Notes: a model not told the origin generated them from the sequence alone. A DNA stretch of 61,375 bases from a virus (IMGVR_UViG_3300006145_000003), one strand, 5' to 3'; shown: positions 1 to 8,619, counted from the first letter of the stretch. Numbers and translations: made by a program.

Positions 1-3
1 AAC

Positions 4-345
4 GTGAGATGTGTTGTATGTGACAGGTGCCGAGCAATTATTGAAGACCCGAGAAAGTGCAGGGTGATTACATGCGCCAAACCTCTCAGGGTCGACATGG
101 AACCGAAGCATCAGTGCCGTGGAAACGACAGAATGATGAATGACATCCTATGGGAAAAAGAGCTGTGCAGTACTTGCGCAGACCTTTTGGAGTCATTTAT
201 GGAGAACTCATCTGATACCCCTGAGCCATCGCCAGACCCCGAACCTACACCAGACCCCGAACCAAACCCTGACCCTGAGCCGGCTGAAGGAAATACGGAC
301 GAGCCTGATGGAGGGTCAGACGATAATGGTGGTGTAGAACCTTGA
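4..345 (+). CDS. Hypothetical phage protein with Cys pairs and a Pro/Glu/Asp-rich C-terminal repeat
   Basis: 113-aa ORF; CDRC and CSTC Cys pairs; (S/T/N)PDPEP repeats; the RBS lies outside the window so the start is uncertain. Confidence 0.5.
   Translation: MRCVVCDRCRAIIEDPRKCRVITCAKPLRVDMEPKHQCRGNDRMMNDILWEKELCSTCADLLESFMENSSDTPEPSPDPEPTPDPEPNPDPEPAEGNTDEPDGGSDDNGGVEP
217..281 (+). repeat. 18-bp coding tandem repeat (xPDPEP)
   Basis: ccagaccccgaacc at 232-245 and 250-263, degenerate copies at 268-281 and 219-227. Confidence 0.8.
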
Positions 346-454
346 TGTGCGAATCGTGCTGCCATCGGGTAAACGACTGTCGACCTCAATGTATATACCA
401 AATTGGGATTTGGTAAACAATGCCAGCCATACAAAAGCATCAGAGAAGAGGTGA

Positions 455-670
455 TTGCATTTGAGAAAGCGAGTTTGCAACATGTGCGGGAAGGACTTTG
501 ATATCTGGGATAATCAAGAGGACTTTGCGTTGTACCGGAATGTTGGATATGGGAGCGGGTATGATGGGTGCAAAATTGAGCTCGATTTGTGCTGCAATTG
601 TTTCGACAAACTTGTAAGGGAATACATAGTACCAAATTGTAAAATAAATCCAATAGAAGATTGTGAATAA
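455..670 (+). CDS. Small Zn-binding hypothetical protein
   Basis: CNMC...CCNC; GAGGTG RBS at 448-453; start TTG at 455 or 461. Confidence 0.55.
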   Translation: MHLRKRVCNMCGKDFDIWDNQEDFALYRNVGYGSGYDGCKIELDLCCNCFDKLVREYIVPNCKINPIEDCE

Positions 671-685
671 AAGGAGAAATATATT

Positions 686-950
686 ATGAAAAAAAGCTCA
701 GACGAAGTACAGCGTTTTGACGGAAAAAGAGAATCAGCTTCGCGCTCTTACAAGTGAATCAGAAAATGCAGTTTCCCTGATTACTAACACCATCAGCAGG
801 CTTGAAACTGTAAATGGTCGTATCTGTGATACTCGACAGGAGATTGATGACTATCGTAAAGAGATTACACGAATTGATAGCTCAATGGAAGAACAGTTCT
901 CCCATAATGCAAAGATAATTGATAAGTTCAGAAGTTTCCTGGAAGACTAA
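686..950 (+). CDS. Coiled-coil hypothetical protein with an apparent frameshift in an A7 tract
   Basis: AAGGAG RBS at 671-676 and ATG at 686; removing one A from the run at 689-695 joins it to the 717-950 ORF (MKKAQTKYSVLTEKENQL...). Confidence 0.5.
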
Positions 951-962
951 AGGGGTGAGCAT

Positions 963-1637
963 ATGAAGAGATTTATCAGTGTTTTTTTGGTTGCAGTCTT
1001 ACTCATGTGTGTTCCGATGACGGCTTTCGCTGCACCAAATCCACAAGAGCTTGACACCAGTATCGACTATATGCATGAGATGATAAGGGCTGCTAATGAT
1101 GGCAGTCCTTATGCTTTGCACGCCGGAGCAATATTTGAACGACTTAGAAATTATAAGATTGATGTTCTAGGTTGGGGAAATAAATACGAGAAAACCAATT
1201 TCTTTACGAACGGTTGCACACAAGCATCTGTGCTACAAGCCATAGAGGAGTTTCGTAATCCAAAGCCAAAGTATACGGATGAAGAAATTGATTGGATAAC
1301 AAGGGTTGTGTCCGAGGAAGCTGGTTGCGATTGGATGCCCGATTGGGTGCCTGAAGCCGTGGCGAGCGTTATTCTGAATAGAGTAGCCTCTACCAAGTTT
1401 CCAAATGACATTAAGTCTGTGATTAAGCAGCCGGGTCAATATGGCCCATACATAACCGGTTCGATGTGGAGACGTGAACCTACGGCACGAGTCAAGCGTA
1501 TTGTCAAAGAAACATTGGAAAAAGGAAGTGTTCTTCCTGCTGGGGTTCTTGGTCAAAGCGGTTATCCAACAGGAGCAGTTCACAAAAGCTACTATGATTA
1601 TGTGCTTGGAACTACTATCTACTTTTTCTATGTATAA
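963..1637 (+). CDS. Secreted SleB-like cell-wall hydrolase (Hydrolase_2)
   Basis: Signal peptide MKRFISVFLVAVLLMCVPMTAFA; C-terminal RVVSEEAG...VASVILNRV...FPNDIKSVIKQPGQY. Confidence 0.75.
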   Translation: MKRFISVFLVAVLLMCVPMTAFAAPNPQELDTSIDYMHEMIRAANDGSPYALHAGAIFERLRNYKIDVLGWGNKYEKTNFFTNGCTQASVLQAIEEFRNPKPKYTDEEIDWITRVVSEEAGCDWMPDWVPEAVASVILNRVASTKFPNDIKSVIKQPGQYGPYITGSMWRREPTARVKRIVKETLEKGSVLPAGVLGQSGYPTGAVHKSYYDYVLGTTIYFFYV

Positions 1638-1651
1638 GGTAGGTGAGGTAA

Positions 1652-1891
1652 TTGGGCTCACAAATAGACTGGAATAACACTTACTGGTGGTTGCGTTCAC
1701 CCACTGCATCTAATTTTGCAACCTTTGACCCTTACACCACAGTAACATCTTCAGAGTCCAGTGCTGAAAATGCATATATTTCAAGCGAACTTTGGGAGGC
1801 GTTGATATCCACTTTCAAAGAACAAGAAAAAGAGCTTGACCCAGGAAACACAAAAGCGATAGATGAGTTCTTGAACGAATTCATCAATTGA
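1652..1891 (+). CDS. Hypothetical protein with a YWWLRSP motif
   Basis: 79-aa ORF, GAGGT RBS, TTG start, fits the operon spacing. Confidence 0.5.
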   Translation: MGSQIDWNNTYWWLRSPTASNFATFDPYTTVTSSESSAENAYISSELWEALISTFKEQEKELDPGNTKAIDEFLNEFIN

Positions 1892-1911
1892 AAAGAGAAA
1901 GGGCTTGATAC

Positions 1912-2559
1912 ATGAAAATCGTTGAACCAAGTGTTGAATTTGTATTCCCATCAGACGTCGATGGTATTATCAACGTTATTGAGAAATGTGGAAGAACCTG
2001 TTATCAATCAGGGGATAAAATTGATTCTGAAAGCGCTGAAAAGTTTGTAGAGAAAATTATTAAGCTTGGACATGAATCTGTCTTAGAACACCGCGTTATA
2101 ACTGTAAGAATCGTGTGTGACCGTGGTGTGAGCCACGAACTGGTCAGACATAGACTGGCTAGCTACAGCCAGGAATCCACAAGATATTGCAACTATAGCA
2201 AAGGGAAGTTCGGAAATGAAGTTACTTTTATCCAGCCGTTCTTCCTTATGAAAGATACACTCCCATACGATAGCTGGTATCACGCCTGTAAGGTTAGCGA
2301 AGAAAGCTACTTTGATATGTTAAATGCGGGATGTACTCCGCAACAGGCAAGGTCTGTGCTAACCAATAGTCTAAAGACAGAAATAGTTATGACCGCAAAC
2401 ATAAGGGAATGGAGAACTGTGCTTAGACAACGCTGTTCGGAAGCAGCCCATCCACAGATGCGTGAGGTGATGCTAATGGCGCTTGAGATGTTTCACGAGG
2501 CCGTCCCGGTTCTCTTTGATGATATCTATGCGGAGGTACATAAATGGAACCGTTCATAG
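1912..2559 (+). CDS. thyX: Flavin-dependent thymidylate synthase ThyX
   Basis: GHESVLEH and ELVRHRLASYSQESTRY (RHR-x7-S-x-R) motifs; QARSVL; AHPQMRE. Confidence 0.95.
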   Translation: MKIVEPSVEFVFPSDVDGIINVIEKCGRTCYQSGDKIDSESAEKFVEKIIKLGHESVLEHRVITVRIVCDRGVSHELVRHRLASYSQESTRYCNYSKGKFGNEVTFIQPFFLMKDTLPYDSWYHACKVSEESYFDMLNAGCTPQQARSVLTNSLKTEIVMTANIREWRTVLRQRCSEAAHPQMREVMLMALEMFHEAVPVLFDDIYAEVHKWNRS

Positions 2560-2636
2560 TTGCGTTTGAGGTTGGCTTGCTGCTGTTCCTTGCAATTATT
2601 TGGGACAACGACCGCAATCATCCACGACCGTCATAA
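2544..2636 (+). CDS. 30-aa membrane peptide (not in the ORF track)
   Basis: GGAGGT at 2532-2537, ATG at 2544; MEPFIVAFEVGLLLFLAIIWDNDRNHPRPS; fills the gap between thyX and the next gene. Confidence 0.45.
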   Translation: MEPFIVAFEVGLLLFLAIIWDNDRNHPRPS

Positions 2637-2642
2637 GAGTGA

Positions 2643-3065
2643 ATGAATATGAAAAGTAAAATATTGAATCCTAAGAGGATGAGACAACTCGTCGATTTTC
2701 AAGGACTTGAACTAAGTGGTGGTATTTATCCAACAGATATTGATGGGCTTGTGGAGTATAAAGACTCTGAATACATAATATTTGAGGTTAAACACGAAAA
2801 CGCAGAAGTCCCATATGGACAGAGGCTGGCACTCCAACGGATGGTCGAGGATTTTACAAAGGCTGGTAAACGAGCTCTGGCGATTGTATGTGAGCACCAC
2901 GTCAACAGCACGAGCAAATCTGTGATTGCAGCCAAGTGTGATGTGAGAGAACTTTACTATGGAGAGGAGCATCAGTGGCGACACCCAAACAAAAAGATTA
3001 AAGTTCGTCAAGCAATAGACGAATTTCTTGGGGCATCGAAAAGTAGAAGGAGTGTAATGGCATGA
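2643..3065 (+). CDS. Hypothetical protein, PD-(D/E)xK nuclease-like fold
   Basis: PTDIDGLVE...IIFEVK pattern. Confidence 0.55.
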   Translation: MNMKSKILNPKRMRQLVDFQGLELSGGIYPTDIDGLVEYKDSEYIIFEVKHENAEVPYGQRLALQRMVEDFTKAGKRALAIVCEHHVNSTSKSVIAAKCDVRELYYGEEHQWRHPNKKIKVRQAIDEFLGASKSRRSVMA

Positions 3066-3664
3066 AAGTAATAACGATTTCTGGAAAAGCCCAAAATGGC
3101 AAAGACACTACGGCACAATTACTCAAATATGCTTTGGAAAATGATGGAAACACAGTACTGATTACACATTATGCGGATTTGCTAAAGTATATTTGTAAGC
3201 AGTTTTTTGGATGGGATGGAAATAAAGATGGGCAAGGGAGACACATTCTGCAGTATGTAGGTACCGACGTAATACGGAAGGATTGTCCAGATTATTGGGT
3301 AAACTTTCTAATTGATTTAGCCCACCTATTTCCAAACGAATGGGACTACATGTTGATTCCAGATTGTCGCTTCCCAAATGAAATAGAGAGGTTGTCTGAG
3401 GCAGGATTGGACACAGTCCATGTAAGAGTTACGCGCGATGGGTTTGAAAGTTCACTAACCCCTGAGCAACAGTCTCATCCCTCAGAAACCGCTCTTGATA
3501 ATATCAAACCAGATTATTACATAAGTAACAATGGGTCATTGCTGGATTTGAAAAATGCAGTAGACAATTTCTTGGCCGAACTAAATGGATACCATCAAGT
3601 CACTGTTGAGGAGTATACGGCAAGCAAGTATGGCCATCAGCCAGTATTATTATATGGGGCATGA
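3062..3664 (+). CDS. Deoxynucleoside monophosphate kinase
   Basis: N-terminal P-loop ISGKAQNGKDT; R-x-x-LQ-x-x-GTD; IPDCRFPNE; HPSE; ATGA overlap with the upstream gene. Confidence 0.75.
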   Translation: MKVITISGKAQNGKDTTAQLLKYALENDGNTVLITHYADLLKYICKQFFGWDGNKDGQGRHILQYVGTDVIRKDCPDYWVNFLIDLAHLFPNEWDYMLIPDCRFPNEIERLSEAGLDTVHVRVTRDGFESSLTPEQQSHPSETALDNIKPDYYISNNGSLLDLKNAVDNFLAELNGYHQVTVEEYTASKYGHQPVLLYGA

Positions 3665-3674
3665 GGCAAAGACA

Positions 3675-4229
3675 ATGAACCCAGTAATACTTTTTGATTC
3701 TGATGATGTGTCTGTGGATTTTATGAAAATGTGGCTCCAAGAAATAAACAGGCTACATGGTTGTGGCCTAAAATCTGAACAGATTAAAAGCTGGAATTTA
3801 ATGCAATACTTCCCTGACCTGACTAAAGAGCAAGTATTCAGTGTGCTCGATGATATCAATATTTGGCAAAACCTCAATCCAATTCCAGAAAGTCAGAAAT
3901 ATCTTTCTTTATTACATAAGGAAGGTTATGAACTGTATTTAGTTACGGCAACACCATATTCACAATGCCCTCACAAGTGCAAACGGCTTCAACAGCTGTT
4001 TGCATTCTTGGACGATGAGCACATTATCATATCACACAACAAGCAGATGGTTCGTGGTGATGTGCTAATTGATGATGGCCCACATAACCTTGTGTATGGT
4101 GAATATTTCAAAATCCTATTTGACCGGCCACACAACCGAAAGTTTCCGAATGATGAGTACGATATGCATCGCGCTAAAGGGTGGAGCGATGTGTATCGTC
4201 TTATTCATGATATTTTTCCAATTAAATAA
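3675..4229 (+). CDS. 5'(3')-deoxyribonucleotidase (HAD/NT5C family)
   Basis: ILFDSDDV DxD motif; LVTA; K-x5-DVLIDDGPHN; likely start ATG at 3675 rather than 3585. Confidence 0.8.
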   Translation: MNPVILFDSDDVSVDFMKMWLQEINRLHGCGLKSEQIKSWNLMQYFPDLTKEQVFSVLDDINIWQNLNPIPESQKYLSLLHKEGYELYLVTATPYSQCPHKCKRLQQLFAFLDDEHIIISHNKQMVRGDVLIDDGPHNLVYGEYFKILFDRPHNRKFPNDEYDMHRAKGWSDVYRLIHDIFPIK

Positions 4230-4243
4230 GGAGGGAGGTCATA

Positions 4244-6391
4244 ATGACACCAGAAAACAAGATTGTTTTGTACACAACAGGATGTCCAAGATGTGTTGTA
4301 CTGAAGAAAAAGCTTGCCGAAAAGCAGATTCAATATGGCGAGTGCAACTCTGGGGCTATAATGGCTCAAATGGGCATCACTCATGTACCCATTCTCAGTG
4401 TTAATGGAGAGCTTCTAGGTTTTTCTGACGCTATAAAATGGGTAAACGAACAGATAGGGAGGGAAGATGAGCAAATGAACATTCCAATTAAGGTTGATAG
4501 GGACTTTGAGAAGGCTATGATGGCTATGGGGGAAAAGTATGGAGAAGATTTTGAGTTCTTGAATGGATTTCATGAGACTCAGCTGAATTTTTCGGACTTC
4601 ATCGATGGATTTATTGATAAAAAGGTCGCCGATGTGACTATCGATGCAAACGCGAATGCATCAAATAAGGACATTCGTAGTCTTCTTAATGAAAAAGGCA
4701 AGTCTCACGATAAGCTCTTTGCTTTTTCGAAGATTTTTTACGAGCTGAAGAAACGTTATAACCTTGCAACAGCCAAAGAGTGGCTTGAGACTGAGTATAA
4801 TGGCGGCTTTTATCTCCACGATGCGGCATCATCTACCTATTTGCCGTACTGTTATGCATATGACTTGACACGGTTGGCTACTGAGGGCTTGTTTTTCTTG
4901 AGCAACTACAATAATCAGCCGCCAAAGCACCTCACCACATTCTTGGATGACGTGATAGAGTACATTAGCTATATGAGTAATCGGAGCTCAGGTGCTGTGG
5001 GTATCCCCAACATCCTTATTTGGACGTACTACTTCTGGAAGAAGGACTGTGAGAGCGGCCATTACATAAAAGACCCTGACTACTATATCCGGCAGTGTTT
5101 CCAGAAGTTCATTTATAGGCTAAACCAGCCGTTTATGCGTATAGACCAGACCGCGTTTGTAAATATGTCCATCTTCGACCGGAACTACATAGAAGCCTTG
5201 TTTGGTGGAGTGGAGTACCCAGACGGCTCTTTTGTAATTGATTCTATAGAAGAGCTAATTGAGCATCAAAAGCTTTTCATGGAGGTTGTGTCTCAGATTC
5301 GAAGTGAGAATATGTTTACCTTCCCGGTTCTGACGTACAGTCTACTTTACCGTGATGGGAAATTTGTCGATGAAGAGTTTGCTCGCTGGTGTAGCGACCA
5401 CAATACTACATGGAATGATAGCAATTTCTTTGTAAGCGGAGATGTAAACACGTTGAGCAATTGCTGCCGGCTGCTGTCCGACACCTCAAAACTCAATGCA
5501 TTTATCAATTCGATTGGTGGCACGGCACTTTCAATCGGTTCTGTCAAGGTCAACACCATCAATCTTATGAGGATTGCCCTTGAAACTAATTGCGATAAGC
5601 GAAAGTACCTGGAACTGCTTAAGGAGCGCACGCTGCTATGCTGTAAAACACTGGACATCGTCCGTCATATTATCCAGCGCAATGTTGAAAAGGGGCTGCT
5701 GCCGAACTACCAAGAGGGCGCTATCGAGATGGATAAGCAATATTGCACTGTAGGCATTTTGGGGCTGTATGAGGTTATTGAAAAGTTAGGATACACCAAT
5801 ACGGATGAATTTGGATACGTGACCTATACGAATGAGGGCATTCAATTCGCAAGTAAGATTTTTGAAGTCCTGAATGAAGTAAAAGATAGTTTCACAAACA
5901 ACTATTCTTTTAATATTGAGAGCGTTCCAGCAGAAAGAGCGGCCGTCATTCTGTGTCAGAAAGATAATAAGCTTTTTGACCTGGAAGACAAAGTGATTTA
6001 CTCAAATCAGTGGATTCCGCTTTCTGAAAAGTGCTCTATCCACGAAAAGCTCCGTCTGAGTTCCATTCTTGATGAAAAGTGTTCTGGTGGCAGCATTGCT
6101 CATATCAATCTGGAATCCAACTTTCCCAACACCGATATGGCATGGGATATGCTTAACAAGATTGCTCAGTCTGGTGTGATTTACTTTGCATTTAACACTC
6201 GTATCAATGAATGCAAGAATCACCATGGCTTTGTTGGAACAGACCATTGCCCTGAATGTGGGGAGCCCGTGTTTGATACATACCAACGTATTGTAGGGTA
6301 TTTAGTACCGTCACGAGCTTATTCAAAAGACAGATTCAGAGAATTCAACACAAGGCAATGGTATAGCTATGCAGGGGAGATGCAAGAATGA
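4244..6391 (+). CDS. nrdD: Anaerobic (class III) ribonucleotide reductase NrdD with an N-terminal glutaredoxin/NrdH-like domain
   Basis: N-terminal LYTTGCPRC...VP redoxin fold; finger-loop SNCCR; ESVPAE; CxxH...CxxC Zn site; glycyl-radical motif RIVGYL. Confidence 0.9.
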   Translation: MTPENKIVLYTTGCPRCVVLKKKLAEKQIQYGECNSGAIMAQMGITHVPILSVNGELLGFSDAIKWVNEQIGREDEQMNIPIKVDRDFEKAMMAMGEKYGEDFEFLNGFHETQLNFSDFIDGFIDKKVADVTIDANANASNKDIRSLLNEKGKSHDKLFAFSKIFYELKKRYNLATAKEWLETEYNGGFYLHDAASSTYLPYCYAYDLTRLATEGLFFLSNYNNQPPKHLTTFLDDVIEYISYMSNRSSGAVGIPNILIWTYYFWKKDCESGHYIKDPDYYIRQCFQKFIYRLNQPFMRIDQTAFVNMSIFDRNYIEALFGGVEYPDGSFVIDSIEELIEHQKLFMEVVSQIRSENMFTFPVLTYSLLYRDGKFVDEEFARWCSDHNTTWNDSNFFVSGDVNTLSNCCRLLSDTSKLNAFINSIGGTALSIGSVKVNTINLMRIALETNCDKRKYLELLKERTLLCCKTLDIVRHIIQRNVEKGLLPNYQEGAIEMDKQYCTVGILGLYEVIEKLGYTNTDEFGYVTYTNEGIQFASKIFEVLNEVKDSFTNNYSFNIESVPAERAAVILCQKDNKLFDLEDKVIYSNQWIPLSEKCSIHEKLRLSSILDEKCSGGSIAHINLESNFPNTDMAWDMLNKIAQSGVIYFAFNTRINECKNHHGFVGTDHCPECGEPVFDTYQRIVGYLVPSRAYSKDRFREFNTRQWYSYAGEMQE

Positions 6392-6870
6392 GGGTAAAAA
6401 CTATCATTGATGAGGATTTCACCAACTACAAGGAGCCCGCTATGTTTATCGGCACTGTGTCTTGTGACGGTAAGTGCTGTAAAGAAGCTGGGATTCCCAT
6501 GTCAGTATGTCAAAATGATGGGTGGCGCGAAAGCGCCACCATCTATATTAGTAACAATCAAATCTGTGAAAGGTACGTCAGGAATCCAATTACAAAGGCC
6601 ATGGTATTTGGTGGTCTTGAACCATTTGAACAGTTTGAAGAAGTCTTCAATGTAATTGGGAAACTTAGGGCCGAGTATAACTGCAATGATGATGTGGTTA
6701 TCTATACGGGATATAATCGGGACGAGATTTCGGATAAGGTAGATGCTCTTGACCTCTTCGGAAATGTTATTGTTAAGTTTGGTAGATATATTCCGAATAG
6801 AGCAACTCGGTATGATGAGGTGCTCGGCGTTACTTTGGCCTCAGATAATCAATATGCAGAAAGGGTATAG
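6388..6870 (+). CDS. nrdG: NrdG-like activating enzyme (radical-SAM-like)
   Basis: Directly follows nrdD with an ATGA overlap; CDGKC...CQN; FGGLEPF; IYTGY; VKFGRY. Confidence 0.75.
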   Translation: MRVKTIIDEDFTNYKEPAMFIGTVSCDGKCCKEAGIPMSVCQNDGWRESATIYISNNQICERYVRNPITKAMVFGGLEPFEQFEEVFNVIGKLRAEYNCNDDVVIYTGYNRDEISDKVDALDLFGNVIVKFGRYIPNRATRYDEVLGVTLASDNQYAERV

Positions 6871-6872
6871 AA

Positions 6873-7061
6873 ATGATACAAGTAAGGACTAATCCTGATA
6901 AAGAATTTGTGCGCGATATGAAGAAAGCATTGAAGGCCAACAATGGATTTTGCCCTTGTGCGCTAGAGAAAAATTCAGATACGAAGTGCATGTGTAAAGA
7001 ATTTAGGGAGATGGAGACCGGTGTATGTACATGCGGTCTATACATAAAGGAAGACATATGA
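6873..7061 (+). CDS. Ferredoxin:thioredoxin reductase catalytic-chain-like mini protein
   Basis: Three CxC motifs in FTR order: GFCPC, KCMC, CTCGLY. Confidence 0.75.
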   Translation: MIQVRTNPDKEFVRDMKKALKANNGFCPCALEKNSDTKCMCKEFREMETGVCTCGLYIKEDI

Positions 7062-7189
7062 TTTTTACAAAGCACGGGCGAGAAGATTTAACGGCTCTGG
7101 CAGGCCTCGCCTCAGCTGTTTCAGTTGCAGTGCCAATATATATAGTTTATAAAAACTGCATTCATAAAGGAGTGGAAAAATGCTTGTAG
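7058..7189 (+). CDS. 43-aa possible membrane peptide (not in the ORF track)
   Basis: ATGA overlap with the upstream stop; MIFTKHGREDLTALAGLASAVSVAVPIYIVYKNCIHKGVEKCL. Confidence 0.35.
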   Translation: MIFTKHGREDLTALAGLASAVSVAVPIYIVYKNCIHKGVEKCL

Positions 7190-7707
7190 TTAATCTATTT
7201 GGGGCACCTGGCGCTGGTAAGTCTACGGGTGCAGCTTACATATTCTCTAAATTGAAAATGGCTGGTGTAAATGCTGAACTAGTCACAGAGTTTGCAAAGG
7301 ACAAAGTGTGGGAAGAGAGCAAGGCGGTATTTGAAAATCAGGCATATATTTTTGGAAAACAATATTTTCGAGTTAGCCGGTTACAAGGAAAGGTAGATGT
7401 AGTCGTTACGGACTCACCTATAATTTTATCAAGCTTTTATTGTAATGATAATGTACTAGGCAAAGAGTTTGCACAGTTAGTAACAAAAGTGTTTCACTCA
7501 TATCCATCAGTGAATCTATTTATTGATAGGGTGAAGGAGTACAATCCTGCTGGTAGGTTCCAGAATGAGGCTGAAAGTGATAAGTTAGCTACTGAGATGA
7601 TTGACTTCTTGGGAAAACATAATATTGGAGTTATCCATTATAGCGGGTGTGAAGATGGATATGATAGCGCGGTTGAATATATTAAGATGGTATTGAAGGA
7701 GGGCTAA
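7180..7707 (+). CDS. P-loop NTPase/kinase (AAA_28/NadR-kinase-like)
   Basis: VVNLFGAPGAGKST Walker A; ELVTEFAKD; VVVTDSP. Confidence 0.7.
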   Translation: MLVVNLFGAPGAGKSTGAAYIFSKLKMAGVNAELVTEFAKDKVWEESKAVFENQAYIFGKQYFRVSRLQGKVDVVVTDSPIILSSFYCNDNVLGKEFAQLVTKVFHSYPSVNLFIDRVKEYNPAGRFQNEAESDKLATEMIDFLGKHNIGVIHYSGCEDGYDSAVEYIKMVLKEG

Positions 7708-7708
7708 A

Positions 7709-8230
7709 ATGAATCGTGTGGGAGAATTTGAGAAGGTGGGCTTTGCGCAGTTTAGAAACGCTATGAAAGAAACTTTTGACATTAAAGAAGATTATATTGT
7801 AAAAACGATGTATGAAGGAATTCGACTTCCTGAACGAGCAACAAGCGGTTCGGCTGGATATGATTTCTTTGCCCCATTTGAGTTTTCGCTTTCTCCAGGC
7901 AAAACCATCAAAATTCCTACTGGCATTCGCGTTCAGATTGATGACGGATGGTGGTTGGGGTGTCTTCCTAGGAGCGGGCTTGGTTTCAAGTTCCGTCTGC
8001 AGCTTAACAATACCATGGGGGTAATTGACAGTGACTACTATTTTTCTAATAACGAGGGGCACATCTTCGCCAAGATAACTAATGACAGCAATGAGGGCAA
8101 GACAGTTTCACTTAAGACTGGAGACGCCTTTATGCAGGGCATTTTCTTGCCATATGGCATCACGCGGTCAGATGACGCTCAGGGCGTAAGGAACGGTGGC
8201 ATGGGCTCTACGGATGGGGCAAAAAAGTGA
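7709..8230 (+). CDS. dut: Trimeric dUTPase
   Basis: All five motifs: SAGYD, PRSG, GVIDSDY, MQGIF, RNGGMGSTD. Confidence 0.92.
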   Translation: MNRVGEFEKVGFAQFRNAMKETFDIKEDYIVKTMYEGIRLPERATSGSAGYDFFAPFEFSLSPGKTIKIPTGIRVQIDDGWWLGCLPRSGLGFKFRLQLNNTMGVIDSDYYFSNNEGHIFAKITNDSNEGKTVSLKTGDAFMQGIFLPYGITRSDDAQGVRNGGMGSTDGAKK

Positions 8231-8577
8231 GCTGGCAATTTTGGGTAACAACTCTCCTGATAGTTATTCTCAATACGATTTTGATGGTGTTATGCATTAA
8301 GAGAACGCTGTATACCCTTAGAGATAGGCATCCAGACTGGGAGCTGGAGGTTTTGCCGCCGGACGGAATATTCTTTTGGATTAAGTTCGGGATAGCAATG
8401 TCAATTCCATTTCTGGGGGCATTGTACTGCATTGCATTCATCTTTGGTAGCAATATCATATTCGATGTGGCTGTACGGCGTATTGAGAATAGGATAGAGC
8501 TGGAGTTGATAGCTGAGCAATATAGAGCAGCACACAGTAAAGTGTTGTGTCCGCACAACGAAAAGAAAGAAGCATAA
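8227..8577 (+). CDS. Hypothetical membrane protein (2 TM)
   Basis: Two hydrophobic segments; GTGA overlap with dut; last gene before a terminator. Confidence 0.6.
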   Translation: MSWQFWVTTLLIVILNTILMVLCIKRTLYTLRDRHPDWELEVLPPDGIFFWIKFGIAMSIPFLGALYCIAFIFGSNIIFDVAVRRIENRIELELIAEQYRAAHSKVLCPHNEKKEA

Positions 8578-8582
8578 AAGAG

Positions 8583-8619
8583 ACCCGGTCATCAGCAATG
8601 GTGGCCGGGTTATTTTTTT
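8583..8619 (+). terminator. Intrinsic terminator of the + strand operon
   Basis: 12-bp stem acccggtcatca/tggtggccgggt (2 G-U pairs), GCAA tetraloop, T-tract. Confidence 0.85.

Noticed and set aside
1678-1730. Second DGR variable region in the YWWLRSP ORF
   Set aside because: DNA differs from TR at many non-adenine positions (TTG CGT TCA CCC vs GAG CGG TCT CCT) and has no GC element, IMH or hairpin
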